Below, piece by piece: positions 37,901 to 47,100 of a stretch of 64,000 bases of DNA. The stretch covers positions 1,639-65,638 of the IMG/VR virus record IMGVR_UViG_3300046163_000031. The stretch is one strand, 5' to 3'. A model generated the notes under the pieces. The model did no database searches. It saw only the letters and a list, made by a program, of their open reading frames with translations, and was not told the DNA's origin. The position numbers and the translations under genes are program-made. This stretch comes from a virus. Lineage: Duplodnaviria; Caudoviricetes. Numbering within the stretch: position 1 is the stretch's first letter; every line of letters starts with the position of its first letter.

Positions 37901-39920
37901 CTTGAAAAACTTCTTTAATACCTTCACCACTTAAATTAAAAAGAGTTTTAGCGCCTGACGCTAACTTTTGCCCAAAGCTTCTAAAACCACCTTTAACGTA
38001 TGCTTCTAAAGATTCTTTTATGTATTCGTTTTTTATTTTACCAAAAATAGCATCCGTTGCTTTTGTTTGAGGCGATATAGGAGCTGTTAAAGCATATAAT
38101 ATACCTGTTTGTATAGAAGCTATAGAAGCTAATTGACTAGCCTCTTGATCATTTATACCAGCTTGTCTAGCTTGCTTTAATGTTTCTTCATATCCTCTAG
38201 AAAAACCTAAAGTACTTTGACCTATTATAGCATCAGCCATATTTTTTTTAATAGGCACTGATTTTAAAAAACTTCTTGTTTTTCCTAAAACACCTAATCC
38301 TTTAGTAAAACCACCAACTGCCCTTATACCATTACCCATTCCTCTTGTTAAGGCTATTTGAAAAAACAAATCACCTATAACGTTAGCACCAGCGTCAAAA
38401 GCACCTAGTACACTAAAAGAAGATACTTTTCTATTTCCTTTTCTAGCTTTAGTTCTTATATTATCTTGTTGTTCTTGTGTTAAAAAAGGAGTTGCATTTA
38501 ATTTATTAGTTGTGTCTATTATTTGGTTATTAGAATCTATAACATATTCAATGTTAGTTTCGGGATCTAAATATCCATAACCTATAGCACTGACGTATCT
38601 ACCAAAAGTATTGTATTTAGTACCAACAACACCTATTTCTTCTAGAGCTAATTCCGTTCTTATACTTTCTGAAACACCTTCAAAAAAGTCACCAGGCAAT
38701 AAACCATATGCACTTGCGCTAAAACTTTCTATAGCGCCACTCAGCCCGTTCCAACCTTCACCTGCTAGATTTAATAAAAATTTACCAGCACCAATATTAC
38801 CGCCATCTTCCAGTAGTTTTTGATACTCTATTTGGTTTTTTTCGTCTTGTTCTTCTAGTTTTACAGATATTAATGGAAATTCTTGTTTTATTAAGTTTTC
38901 ATAATCTTGTAATAAAACATTTTCATTGGAAATATTAAACTTTTTATTTATAGTCTTTGGATCAATACCAGTTTGTTTTTCATACATCAACTGTTGTTGC
39001 TTTATATCTCTCTGAAGTTGATCGTTAACATATAAGTTTAAGTACTGTAGTTTTTTTGCTTCAAGAGCTAGTTCTGGTTTATAATAATTACCATAATTTC
39101 TCTTATCCATGTCTAACTCTAGAAATCTTTTTAAATCTTTATCATAACCTTTAGCTTGTAAAAAACCTCCAAAATCTCTAGTGTTTATATTTCTACTTGA
39201 AAGAGCATCATTGTCGTACATTTCATCAACAAAAGAAGTTCCTTGACCTAGCATTTCAGCTAGTTCTGGAGAATACATTTTCATTCCTTCGTTTACCTGC
39301 TCGTTTTCAGCAACATATGAGTCTTCATATATATAAGGTTGATTTAATTTTCTTAAATCAATGTAACTGTCTATCTCGCTATCACTTTTAGACTGAAAAG
39401 CACTTATTTTTCTTCTAGCTCTGTTTTTTTCATCATCACTTACTAGTTGCAATACCGATATAGCTTCAGGACTTTCTTTATAACCAGCTATAATTAAATC
39501 ATCTTCAGTTATAAAATTATTATCTACAGCTGCCTGTATGTTGTCATCATCAAAAAAAGGTTGAGAAGTCACGCTGTCTCCATATCTTTCAGTAGGTAAT
39601 AAATCTTTTTCATTATACTTACCAAACTGATTCTGTAAAGCGCCTCTAATATTGCTACTTTGTTGTGTTATACTTTCTGGTAAACCATATAGATCTTCTT
39701 GACTACCTGTTGGTGAGTCCAAAGAAATAGTTTCCGAAACTAATTCCGTATCTTCTTGAGGTGCGAACATGTTGTTCTGAGGCGTTGCATTTGCACCCGC
39801 TGCATTGCCCCCAGCTTTTTTTGTAGCTCCAGGATTATTTGATAACCACATTACTATTTGATTTTCAGGATATCCAGTAAGATCTACTTCTTCTCCGCTT
39901 GGTAAGATATATATTTCCAT
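31989..39920 (-). CDS. Giant internal virion/ejection polyvalent protein with a zincin motif
   Basis: 2643 aa; HEFLH at 37107-37121; KFSL/KFAL linkers; located after the ejection genes. Confidence 0.7.
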   Translation of the reverse strand: MEIYILPSGEEVDLTGYPENQIVMWLSNNPGATKKAGGNAAGANATPQNNMFAPQEDTELVSETISLDSPTGSQEDLYGLPESITQQSSNIRGALQNQFGKYNEKDLLPTERYGDSVTSQPFFDDDNIQAAVDNNFITEDDLIIAGYKESPEAISVLQLVSDDEKNRARRKISAFQSKSDSEIDSYIDLRKLNQPYIYEDSYVAENEQVNEGMKMYSPELAEMLGQGTSFVDEMYDNDALSSRNINTRDFGGFLQAKGYDKDLKRFLELDMDKRNYGNYYKPELALEAKKLQYLNLYVNDQLQRDIKQQQLMYEKQTGIDPKTINKKFNISNENVLLQDYENLIKQEFPLISVKLEEQDEKNQIEYQKLLEDGGNIGAGKFLLNLAGEGWNGLSGAIESFSASAYGLLPGDFFEGVSESIRTELALEEIGVVGTKYNTFGRYVSAIGYGYLDPETNIEYVIDSNNQIIDTTNKLNATPFLTQEQQDNIRTKARKGNRKVSSFSVLGAFDAGANVIGDLFFQIALTRGMGNGIRAVGGFTKGLGVLGKTRSFLKSVPIKKNMADAIIGQSTLGFSRGYEETLKQARQAGINDQEASQLASIASIQTGILYALTAPISPQTKATDAIFGKIKNEYIKESLEAYVKGGFRSFGQKLASGAKTLFNLSGEGIKEVFQENIQQSGETFVVNKQVNESAGKKIMKDTMSMQDFIDTTVLSFFAGAIMPGAGVAVKGAKKSARQLLGMGAVDRFNNLSLLSYKKKKVKKILADQVNQGIYTQEEADQVLQEIEAFNNNINRMPTDISAQAAEEILGDLNEVGKLRNQRKTEDKSFNAATDERIKALDEKIQRVYYNDLTARKSGIITAAIKKGIITNTEWKEVNSVQEAKDFLINELNYTPEKADFTSQQYGSIIDFDGKKIVLINNDKAAKGGRIGVKQHEFLHGLIYETIKNDPEAAILLGKSLLGEILKIQERLSANDSKLTALPAKFLKDFTGYINYYKNSIAGIEADLKAGTITKSEYNNKVSTELGKQWEEVLTLYSEAIDVGAVTYNEDVFTKLADVFRQVLQFLGVRDVKFGSGRDVYNFIKDYNKSMNNRVMSLDKNKAFKKLGTKGAKVDKKALKKETNELLDEKKVSKPKPVKEPVSQDNYTFDEKFALKTTSRSNADEFKNTINSKYNKNKWANIAPDDIVFYEILEQYETPILSKAQTLYGSLPDYSAEDMLQETQIALLPHIRNFNKEFLNLRENKRKELQDDNLSSNEINNTLNKLDEKGYKNKKGELITQNDNLNGWINSQLRNKMKAALKTGSVTSQKYTTDIDDRITASILDVDNDVLEQEKQSYEKDQDQLIELLKDPNFGFTDVDGKPIEIQGIPVGGDFALDANDPGIAVNRRLATVSDPKERAELERQKRDLKRGLELENKQSLTNAEAKELKELKSFKTYSLGSGGMVKTYEAYSELVSPAKIIVAEVKREILNSRNIENLDFKNFKEKLAILSQTLTRRMTFKNSSSLESFMFDNWKLIFDVINNPIDPVTGESTYAIKKLPPRLKDSDNQGKPRKIKNLNVASFLQNYFGLDEATRIIDKLAKNNKQKLLNSFDPVEQGRTGKTLWATAYFDRRTALMELFGDVLVLQEARNAIRDDAFLEQLSKRNVDLYRDLKNTNIRNKVLNNLARGKSPSVKFSLNTKADLKWSDSSMIPGDPNSDQMYNASFVVNGKTYLLNLMPKGKDNYEFQFALMKDVTFDRFGETITGTIPSTEISGTGDSFKVMSIVANGLLEAVNKFNIKNITFDSEAKSRTRLYGRLANMFRSRFNYEVNEANEQGIVFDEFTLTNKQFKQSIKDIKRNSNKEFRERFTLDNGSLNNAKGSDYLSSTADVNDQLFMAETIDDATRKTIKFNKKAIKFNVPDLGNMNDKAISYYLIDKISQGYNDFYFKNNANWKGKMSRNVIETGDIKFSLNNERNEYSNNLSKGLNEIIEENYNINVDEVFSEERGRILGKLVGGNNVWLPPGDSDFLGLMYMIASGKGKKGEKQLKWLNDNLIKPYSEGMLNMVEAKNVAHRDFKNLLKKNKGIKKLLAEDSGYSGFSLDTALRVYLWKRNRIEIPGLDSKDIMFLSNIIRKNSKLKSFALDLEKISKMKNNWIEPSKGWSSGNVLSDIQDILNFSNREKFLSRWIQNKELIFDKENLYKLEAALGADFVTALKDITKRMQTGKNKPKEQSAFVNWLNGSVGVTMFFNMRSALLQTISATNFINTTDNNVFAAAKTFINQKQFWSDFTTLWKSAYLSNRREGMLSDIQEAELIDVVNDPRNKTFAGKTKAAIAWVLKKGFMPTRFADSFAIALGGSSFYRNRIKSLVKQGVEIDAAESQAMREFYEAAEISQQSADPSKISQTQASIQGRLILAFQNTPLQYGRIIKNSVVDLAKGRGDWRNNIAKITYYAALQNMVFNFLQNALFGMWLDDDEYADEKGKYDTGKYRAVNGAMDTLLRGSGLKGAFVAAVKNVVSKAIELNADPKGRYKSGKLLVEALNVSPPVGIKARKLMKGWESIQYNKQEAEYLGWSLDNKYYLQAGASITSAAINLPLDRLYIKSENLKDAMNTQYETWQRLAMLAGYSKWNLGIEDGNNKKSSDGLNFDTINFGDSLKFDKIEF

Positions 39921-39926
39921 GTTTTA

Positions 39927-41660
39927 TTATTTAATTGCTTTATCCATTCGCTCAGCATATTCAACTAAAGTTTCGTCTGTTCTTTTAGGATTTGCACTCA
40001 TCCAATCTACTTGTCTAGCTCTTTTGAATAACACTGTTTCATTTTGAATAGCTTTTCTTTCACTTGCTGTGGTATTATCTAAAGCAAACTTAAGTCTTTC
40101 TTCAGCGCTGTCAAAATCATAATCACCTGCAAACACTGGTTTGTTACTTATTATTTTATATAAACCTTTTCTAGGAACTAATTTATCAAACGCACTTTGA
40201 GCACTTTCACCTTCATTTTCATAATGCTCTCTATTTGTTGGTGATCCTTCAAAATCAGCATAAGGTGTATTTAACCAAACGTCAAAAGTTTGATCTTTTG
40301 TCATATATCTATCACTTGGTCCTGTAATTTTCATTAAATTATCAAGAGTTACATCAGTGTTACTTTGATTGCTATCTCCAGCACCTAATACAATATTGTT
40401 ATAATATGTGGTTCTATAACCTATATTTGGAGTTTTAGGTGTAGTTACTTTAGGTTGAATTATAGATCTACCACTAGAAATATAATATCTACCTTGCTCG
40501 TCTACTTCTAAACCAGAAACTCTAGCTTTTAGTATTTGATCAAACAACACTTGCTCAAACTGTTCGTCTGTAGGTTGAACATTTTGATATTCATTTTCTA
40601 TACCCTCATTTAATTGTTTTAAATCTATATTCCAAGCATTAGCTGCTTGTTGAACGTTTCCATTAACACCTTGAACTTTAGATTTTAATATACTAAGCAT
40701 GTCGTTTCTGACAGCATCAACATCTAGGTATCTTCTAATTTCTTCTGTTCTTCTAGAACCACCTGTACTAGTATTAATTCTGTCTTTATATATTTCTTCT
40801 CCAGTCCAATATTTGTCAGCAAACTGCCCATTTGCTTTTATTATACCTAGCCCATCATTATTAGGCGTTCTGTCTGCCGGCTTCATTCTTTCTAAACTTT
40901 CATCAACTATTTGAGGTACATTAGATACAAATTCAAATTCTTTTCCTTCTGCTGTTTGAGCGTTCCAAGCTCTAGCACTAATATATTTTTCTCTGTAATC
41001 GCCTTCAATTAATTCACCGTTTTCTGTTCTAGTAGGTTCGTTTCCAGAAACCTTAATCATTATATCATTTTTTTCTTCATCATAAACCATTTCAAAATCC
41101 GCCTCATAAACGCTACCTATTGCATTAACAAAAAATTGATTATTAGCTATTTCTTCTGGTGTACTTCCAATAATAGTTATATCTTTACCTATTTTAGCAG
41201 CGTTTTCTCTCCAATATTTTCCGGTTGCAGCAAAGTTTGCTGTTGCTGTTTTAGTTAAGTTTAATAAATCGTAGTAATCAGTTATAGCCTTTTGCGCAGA
41301 TACTCTTGCTTCCTCGTCACCAAATTGAGTTTTTAAATAAATCTGAGCATCTGTAGCAACTCCTATTCTATCATTTAAAGTTTTCATTAACTCATCTTGA
41401 ATAGCGCTTGTTCTAGGAGCTGTAGCAAGTTTATTCATTTGCTCTAAATTCCAAATATCAGCATTAGATTGAGCACGTTGCATGCTCTCTATAATTCTAC
41501 GTTGTTCGTTTTCTTTTTTTTCCTGAGCTCTTCTTGCTTCCTGCTCGTTTATTTGTGCTCTTTGAGATGCTGCAGCATTGTTGTTTGCTATCTGCTTAGT
41601 AAATGCACTAGCGTATGTATCTCCTGTTATTCTTTGTGGATTTTCGTATGCTCCAGCCAT
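39927..41660 (-). CDS. Putative internal virion protein
   Basis: 577 aa, coiled N-terminus, upstream of the giant protein. Confidence 0.55.
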   Translation of the reverse strand: MAGAYENPQRITGDTYASAFTKQIANNNAAASQRAQINEQEARRAQEKKENEQRRIIESMQRAQSNADIWNLEQMNKLATAPRTSAIQDELMKTLNDRIGVATDAQIYLKTQFGDEEARVSAQKAITDYYDLLNLTKTATANFAATGKYWRENAAKIGKDITIIGSTPEEIANNQFFVNAIGSVYEADFEMVYDEEKNDIMIKVSGNEPTRTENGELIEGDYREKYISARAWNAQTAEGKEFEFVSNVPQIVDESLERMKPADRTPNNDGLGIIKANGQFADKYWTGEEIYKDRINTSTGGSRRTEEIRRYLDVDAVRNDMLSILKSKVQGVNGNVQQAANAWNIDLKQLNEGIENEYQNVQPTDEQFEQVLFDQILKARVSGLEVDEQGRYYISSGRSIIQPKVTTPKTPNIGYRTTYYNNIVLGAGDSNQSNTDVTLDNLMKITGPSDRYMTKDQTFDVWLNTPYADFEGSPTNREHYENEGESAQSAFDKLVPRKGLYKIISNKPVFAGDYDFDSAEERLKFALDNTTASERKAIQNETVLFKRARQVDWMSANPKRTDETLVEYAERMDKAIK

Positions 41661-41682
41661 AATTTATTTTTTTAGGTTGTCA

Positions 41683-42366
41683 TTATTTCATGAAGAGTCC
41701 AGGAAGTGAACCTATCATATTTTGTGCAGCGCCAAATTTAGCTCCTTGCGCTTGACCATAAGCAGCTTCCGCAGATCTTTGATCAGCAGTTGCATTGTCT
41801 AACATACCTGCAGCTCTGTTTAATTTTTGATTTTCTCTATTGTCTCTAGCGCCAAACATAAACTGTTTACCCATTACATCTGCATTTTGTAACCTCTGTT
41901 GTTCAGACATTACTAACTGTTGTAGTTTTTCATCACCTTGTGCGACTAATCTTTGGTTAGAGGCTTCTTGCATTTCAAGACTTGCTGATATTTGTTTTTT
42001 ACTAGCTAAAGCAGCTTGAGCTAATGCCGTAGCTCCACCTGCGCTCGCACCTGTTGCTCTTAATGTATCTAAAGTATTAGATAAACCAATTTCAGCTTGC
42101 TCTGCTTGAAACTCAGCAGCTTGTGTAGCCACCCCTAAATTTGCATAAGGATTACTAAGATTTCCACTAAGATCCTTAACGTTGGCATACGGATTTATTA
42201 TAGGTTGTCTAGAATCTTCTAAAGCCCTTAACTCGTCTTCAAGACGTTTTTTCTCTGCTCTTGCTCTGTTTCTTTCACCTTTTGCTGATTTTTCTGCTTG
42301 ATTAGCGCCTACCATTCCTAAGCCAGCTGATACTACACCGCCGACTGCTGCTGCTACTGCTGCCAT
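41683..42366 (-). CDS. Putative DNA-ejection/pilot protein
   Basis: Gly/Ala-rich hydrophobic N-terminus plus A/Q-rich coiled coil. Confidence 0.65.
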   Translation of the reverse strand: MAAVAAAVGGVVSAGLGMVGANQAEKSAKGERNRARAEKKRLEDELRALEDSRQPIINPYANVKDLSGNLSNPYANLGVATQAAEFQAEQAEIGLSNTLDTLRATGASAGGATALAQAALASKKQISASLEMQEASNQRLVAQGDEKLQQLVMSEQQRLQNADVMGKQFMFGARDNRENQKLNRAAGMLDNATADQRSAEAAYGQAQGAKFGAAQNMIGSLPGLFMK

Positions 42367-42376
42367 ATTATTATTT

Positions 42377-42784
42377 TTAAATTATTCTTTTTATCATTTC
42401 GTGTGATGGAGTTTTGTCAATTGTCCACCCTAATTTTTTATGTATTTTTAACAAGCTATTGCTTCTGCTTATTGACATTATACATTTTTTACCAGCGTCT
42501 TTAACCATTTTTTCTACAGTTTCTATTAAAAACTTAACAGCAAAGGGTCTTGCTCTTTTATTTCCTTTTGGATCTGATATAACCCAATCAAACCAGCACA
42601 TACCAGAGTTACTCCAATATATAAAACCAGCTACTATAGGTTTACCTTCATGTTCAATCATTACTCCACCAGTACCGTTGTCTGGTAGTATGTCTTTACT
42701 AACCACAGGCCAACCCCAACCAAGCCACCATTTTTCTAACATGTTGTAATCTTGTTCTAGCAAAGTTCTTGCTTTTAATTTCAT
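42377..42784 (-). CDS. GNAT-fold protein
   Basis: ...SLLKIHKKLGW acetyltransferase-like end; sits between tail and ejection genes. Confidence 0.55.
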   Translation of the reverse strand: MKLKARTLLEQDYNMLEKWWLGWGWPVVSKDILPDNGTGGVMIEHEGKPIVAGFIYWSNSGMCWFDWVISDPKGNKRARPFAVKFLIETVEKMVKDAGKKCIMSISRSNSLLKIHKKLGWTIDKTPSHEMIKRII

Positions 42785-42794
42785 TTAATTTTAT

Positions 42795-44072
42795 TTAATA
42801 TGATGATTCTTTAAATTCTGTAGATATTGCAAACAATTCATTGTTTCCATTATCTTTAGTATTTGTTGCTGTAAATTTAACCTCAGCAGTGTATCCTTTT
42901 ATTCCAGATATAGAAGCGCCATAAACAACTTCACCAGAACTATCTGCGCTTGTGTTAACTAAATTAGCAAAGTATTTATCTTCTTTCTTTTTAAATTCAT
43001 TACTAAACAATGAGTTTTCAAGATCAGCTAGTGTTAAAGGCATTGTATATGCGTTTATAAATCTAGCAGTGTCTCCAGAGTCTGTAGATATAGAGGTCAT
43101 TGCCCAGTTTATACCTCCCTCATAATTTATAGTTTTAAAACTTTTAATAGCAGATGGCTGTTTGTTAAATATACTAGTAACAGTTGAATCATATGTATTA
43201 CCATAAAAAGTTGCTCTAAGCACCGATTCATTATAATGTATATATATCCCACCAGAATTAGTAGAATAAAAATTACTTTGAAGGCTTATTAAGTTATAAG
43301 GAACATAACTATATCTACTAGTCCAACCTTGAGTTTGTTCATCAAAACTAAGTGTCTCAGGTGTAACGCTTAATGTCTTATCTTTTAAAGAAATAGTATA
43401 ACACTTGTTGTGAATATCCCAACCACCAATAGCTAAAGGATCAGGTAGTGTATTAAATTTATCTCTAAAAAAATCATACATACCATAGCTTGATATTTCT
43501 GTTATACCATCTTGAGACAGTCTTAAAACAGCTCCTTGATTAGCATCAGTAAAATATTTTCTATATCCATATACAGCAAAGCTTTCAGGATTTTTGCTTA
43601 TACCCCACTCCCCAGCGTAAGGAACTATAGCGCCTATAACAACATTTGATGTTGTCTGCATAGGTACTCCTTCTTGAGTATAAACAGCATCTTTATCTAT
43701 TAAAGCTCTATTTACTTTGTTTTCTTGAAATATTATTAAATTAGTATCTTCAGCGTAAAGCTTTTGTATAGTACCTTTTGTTGGATCTACAGATCTTGTT
43801 ATGTCTTCACCTGAAGGAAACTGATTAGACTGATTTACGCCAGTTCTAGAGTTTAATATACCTGAATATATAATAGAGTTTCCTAAAGACTGCTGAGAAC
43901 TATCATCAGATCTTAAAAATGCTCTAGGAGATAAACCCGTTTGCACGTTGTTATAACCACCTCTTATTCTAGCTTCTTCTACAAACCAATTGTAAGAAGC
44001 TGAAATAGGTCCTTGAACTAATTTCTTAAGAACGTATGTGTTATAGTATTTTACCGGGGTTACAATTGCCAT
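42795..44072 (-). CDS. Tail stabilization/nozzle protein (P22 gp10-like)
   Basis: GISKNPESFA.YG...YFTD...GAVLRLSQDGITEIS; KSFKTINYEG. Confidence 0.75.
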   Translation of the reverse strand: MAIVTPVKYYNTYVLKKLVQGPISASYNWFVEEARIRGGYNNVQTGLSPRAFLRSDDSSQQSLGNSIIYSGILNSRTGVNQSNQFPSGEDITRSVDPTKGTIQKLYAEDTNLIIFQENKVNRALIDKDAVYTQEGVPMQTTSNVVIGAIVPYAGEWGISKNPESFAVYGYRKYFTDANQGAVLRLSQDGITEISSYGMYDFFRDKFNTLPDPLAIGGWDIHNKCYTISLKDKTLSVTPETLSFDEQTQGWTSRYSYVPYNLISLQSNFYSTNSGGIYIHYNESVLRATFYGNTYDSTVTSIFNKQPSAIKSFKTINYEGGINWAMTSISTDSGDTARFINAYTMPLTLADLENSLFSNEFKKKEDKYFANLVNTSADSSGEVVYGASISGIKGYTAEVKFTATNTKDNGNNELFAISTEFKESSY

Positions 44073-44108
44073 ATTATATTATAATTACTTATTTTTTATA
44101 TTAATTAC

Positions 44109-47100
44109 CTATGTAGTTACTGGAACAGGTGTTATAGTTGGGTTTATACTAGGATCATTAGATCCGCTAGGCTCATACCAAGGAGGTGATATAGGACCTT
44201 CATAAACAATACCAAAAGAGTTAGCTAATATAGTTGCGTTTCCAGCTGACTGTGGCGATGTACTAGCTATAATAGCGGCATATACATTATTTGCATATGA
44301 TCCACCTTGAGTTGTTAGTTTTACACCACCACCAATCATAGCAGATCCAGAGCAATCAGGTAATCCATAATTACTAGCTTTTCCACCAGGTCTCATACCA
44401 GCAGTCACAGCGTCATCAAAATCAGTTTGAGAAACTCCAGCAGAACTAGCTGTAAAAGGAGATAACATCGCAAATTGGTTTAGTGTACTTGAATTACCTT
44501 GAGTACCATTTGAGATCACAACTGATTGAACAGCTCCATCAAGATTCAACCCATAAGAAGCACCTGTATCATCTGTAAAAGTCGTGGATCCATCTCCATA
44601 TACACCTCTTACGTTTATAGCTTGAGCTTGACCTGTTTGTTGTGATGCACTACCTATTGTAACTTGTACGTATAAATATACTGTGTTTGATGTCCAGTTT
44701 TGTATTTGGCCAGTCCATCTTGGCGCTCCACCTTGTGATGGGTTTTGAAGCGTATTATTTGAAACATCACTTCCATTACCATTAGTAACTCTTCCTGTTG
44801 CATCAATTCCACTTAAGTATGGCGTAGCAATAACTTGACCAAAAAATAAAGACGCACCAACATTATAACTTATTGTTGCTGAAGTATTAGTAAGTCCTAA
44901 AGTGTCTGTTAGTCTTAAGTTTATAAGATAACCTTTATTAGCAGTGTTCATTGGCCCATTTGATTGACCACCAGTACTATTTAAAGCGCCTTTTAAAACA
45001 AAAGTTAACCAATCTGTATTTGGTATAACAAGTTGTTGTGTTACCGATTTTTGGGTACCAGCTGCCACCTGTATGTAATCACTTATTAATTCACCATTAT
45101 CAGGAATTACTGTTGTTCCTGCTGTTGTTAAATCTGTTATTGTTATTTTATCTACTTCCCATGCGTTTCCATTTGGTGGGGTTAATTCAAAAGTAGATCC
45201 AGTTAAACTAGTTGTATCACCTAAACTATATGCTTTTGCAGAGCCGTTTCTACCTTTGTTAGACTGTTGAGTTGTGCTTGTTGATGTGCTAGGTTGAACA
45301 ATGTCTACATCATAGTTAACAACTGTTGCATTGACATTTATTCTATCTATAACAGGAGCTACATTTTCTAAATCTATTTCTAAAGTTTGAGTAGATGTTA
45401 TTCCATCTTCTTGAACAAATGTTAAATTAAATTGATATTTACCTCTCCAGTCTACAAAGAAACCAACCTCAGCTGATGAACCAGCATAAAACCTATCTGC
45501 TGTAACTATTCTAAAACTACCAACTGAAGATCCAGCTTCAATATTAAATTTTGAATTTTGTAAAACAGTTGTATCTAAGGTTCCAGTATCTGGTAATTGA
45601 TCAAAATAATTATAAACAGTGTATGAAGATAAACTAGCAGTAACAACATTAACACCACCAGCTGTTGGAAAAAAGTCGGTTGTTATTATTGTACCTACTT
45701 GAGCTGATTCAGGAAAATTAGAAGTAAAACTAGATATTCCTGTTATGTTAGTATTTTCATTAACTAAAGATTCATTTAAATCAGACACTAACTCCGAAGT
45801 AGAAGACTCGTAAAATATTTCTAAAGGAGAAACATAAGGTGCGGTTTCATAAACAGCTAAATACATGTCTTCTGGATATGGAAAGTTTCCATTACCAAGA
45901 ACAGGTAATGTGTATTGATCTTCTGTTAGTCCTATTGCTTTTTGTGTTGATACTTGAAACAACACAGGTTTAGTATTGTAATTGTAAATAGCTTCTGGAT
46001 TTACATCTCCTGGCTGAGGAGTAGAAGTCGCGATTAAACCAGGGAATAAATCACTTACAGTACCCACTAAATCAACTTGGTCAGCCGAGGGCACAGGATC
46101 AAACTGTCTATTACCCGTTTTATAAACGCCAGAAGCATCTTCTATAGTATTAATATTTGTTACTCTACCAAATAAAGAAACATCACTAGTGAATTGATTC
46201 TGCAGAGGTCCTACATCTTCTAAGTTTCTAGGTATTTTATTTATATTATCTGTTATAAGCGTAGAATAAGCTGTGTCTCCCTGTTCTTTTGTTTCACCTT
46301 TAATTGGATATCCATTTATTATTCCCGGTAGATATACATTATAGTAGTCTTGTTGCTGTTGTTTAGTAGCAAACTTATAACCATAAAAACCATTTACATT
46401 TATATCATAAGTTACAAATGTTTTTTCTTGACCAAATATACTAGGCTCGGGTCTGGTATTAGGTGTATCGTCAAATAAATAATTAGTAGCAACTTCTTCT
46501 TGTGTAAAAAACTCTACTGCTCTAACTCCTCCTGAATCACTTATTGGCGTTACGCTTGTTATCTCTGTATAGTCTATGTATAAACCTCTTAATTTTTTTC
46601 CAACAGCATAATAAGTGGCATATTCTGTTGGCCACGTTGGAAACAAAGGTCTATTTGTGCTAGAAGCAGTTCCTGTCGTATACTTGTATAAATTTGCAGC
46701 TGTATATAAAACTTCAAATTTAACAGTACTATTTAAAGTAACACCTGAATTAAAACTTAATGTAACTCCATTTGACAAGTTTGAAGAAAGGTTAAATGTT
46801 ACAATTCCTGTTGAAGAATCATAAGAAGTTACAGTTGTTCCAGTGGCTATACCTGTTCCTGTAACTGTAGAACCTATAGATGGCTCATCAGAAGAAGGTG
46901 TTAAGTTTATAATACTGTAACTTGTACTTGGATTACCAGTTACATTTGTAGTTTCTCCTGTTAGTGTTGGATAAAAATCTACATCAGTGTATTGACCGTC
47001 TTGAGAAATAGTATATGAACTAGGGCTTTGTAACACCCAACCATTTCCATTATCTATAAGAACATTAAAAGTATTAGCTGCATTAGTTGCGTCGGCATAT

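Noticed and set aside
31989-39920. crAss-type virion RNA polymerase
   Set aside because: No DxDxD catalytic motif seen; DFDGKK lacks the third Asp
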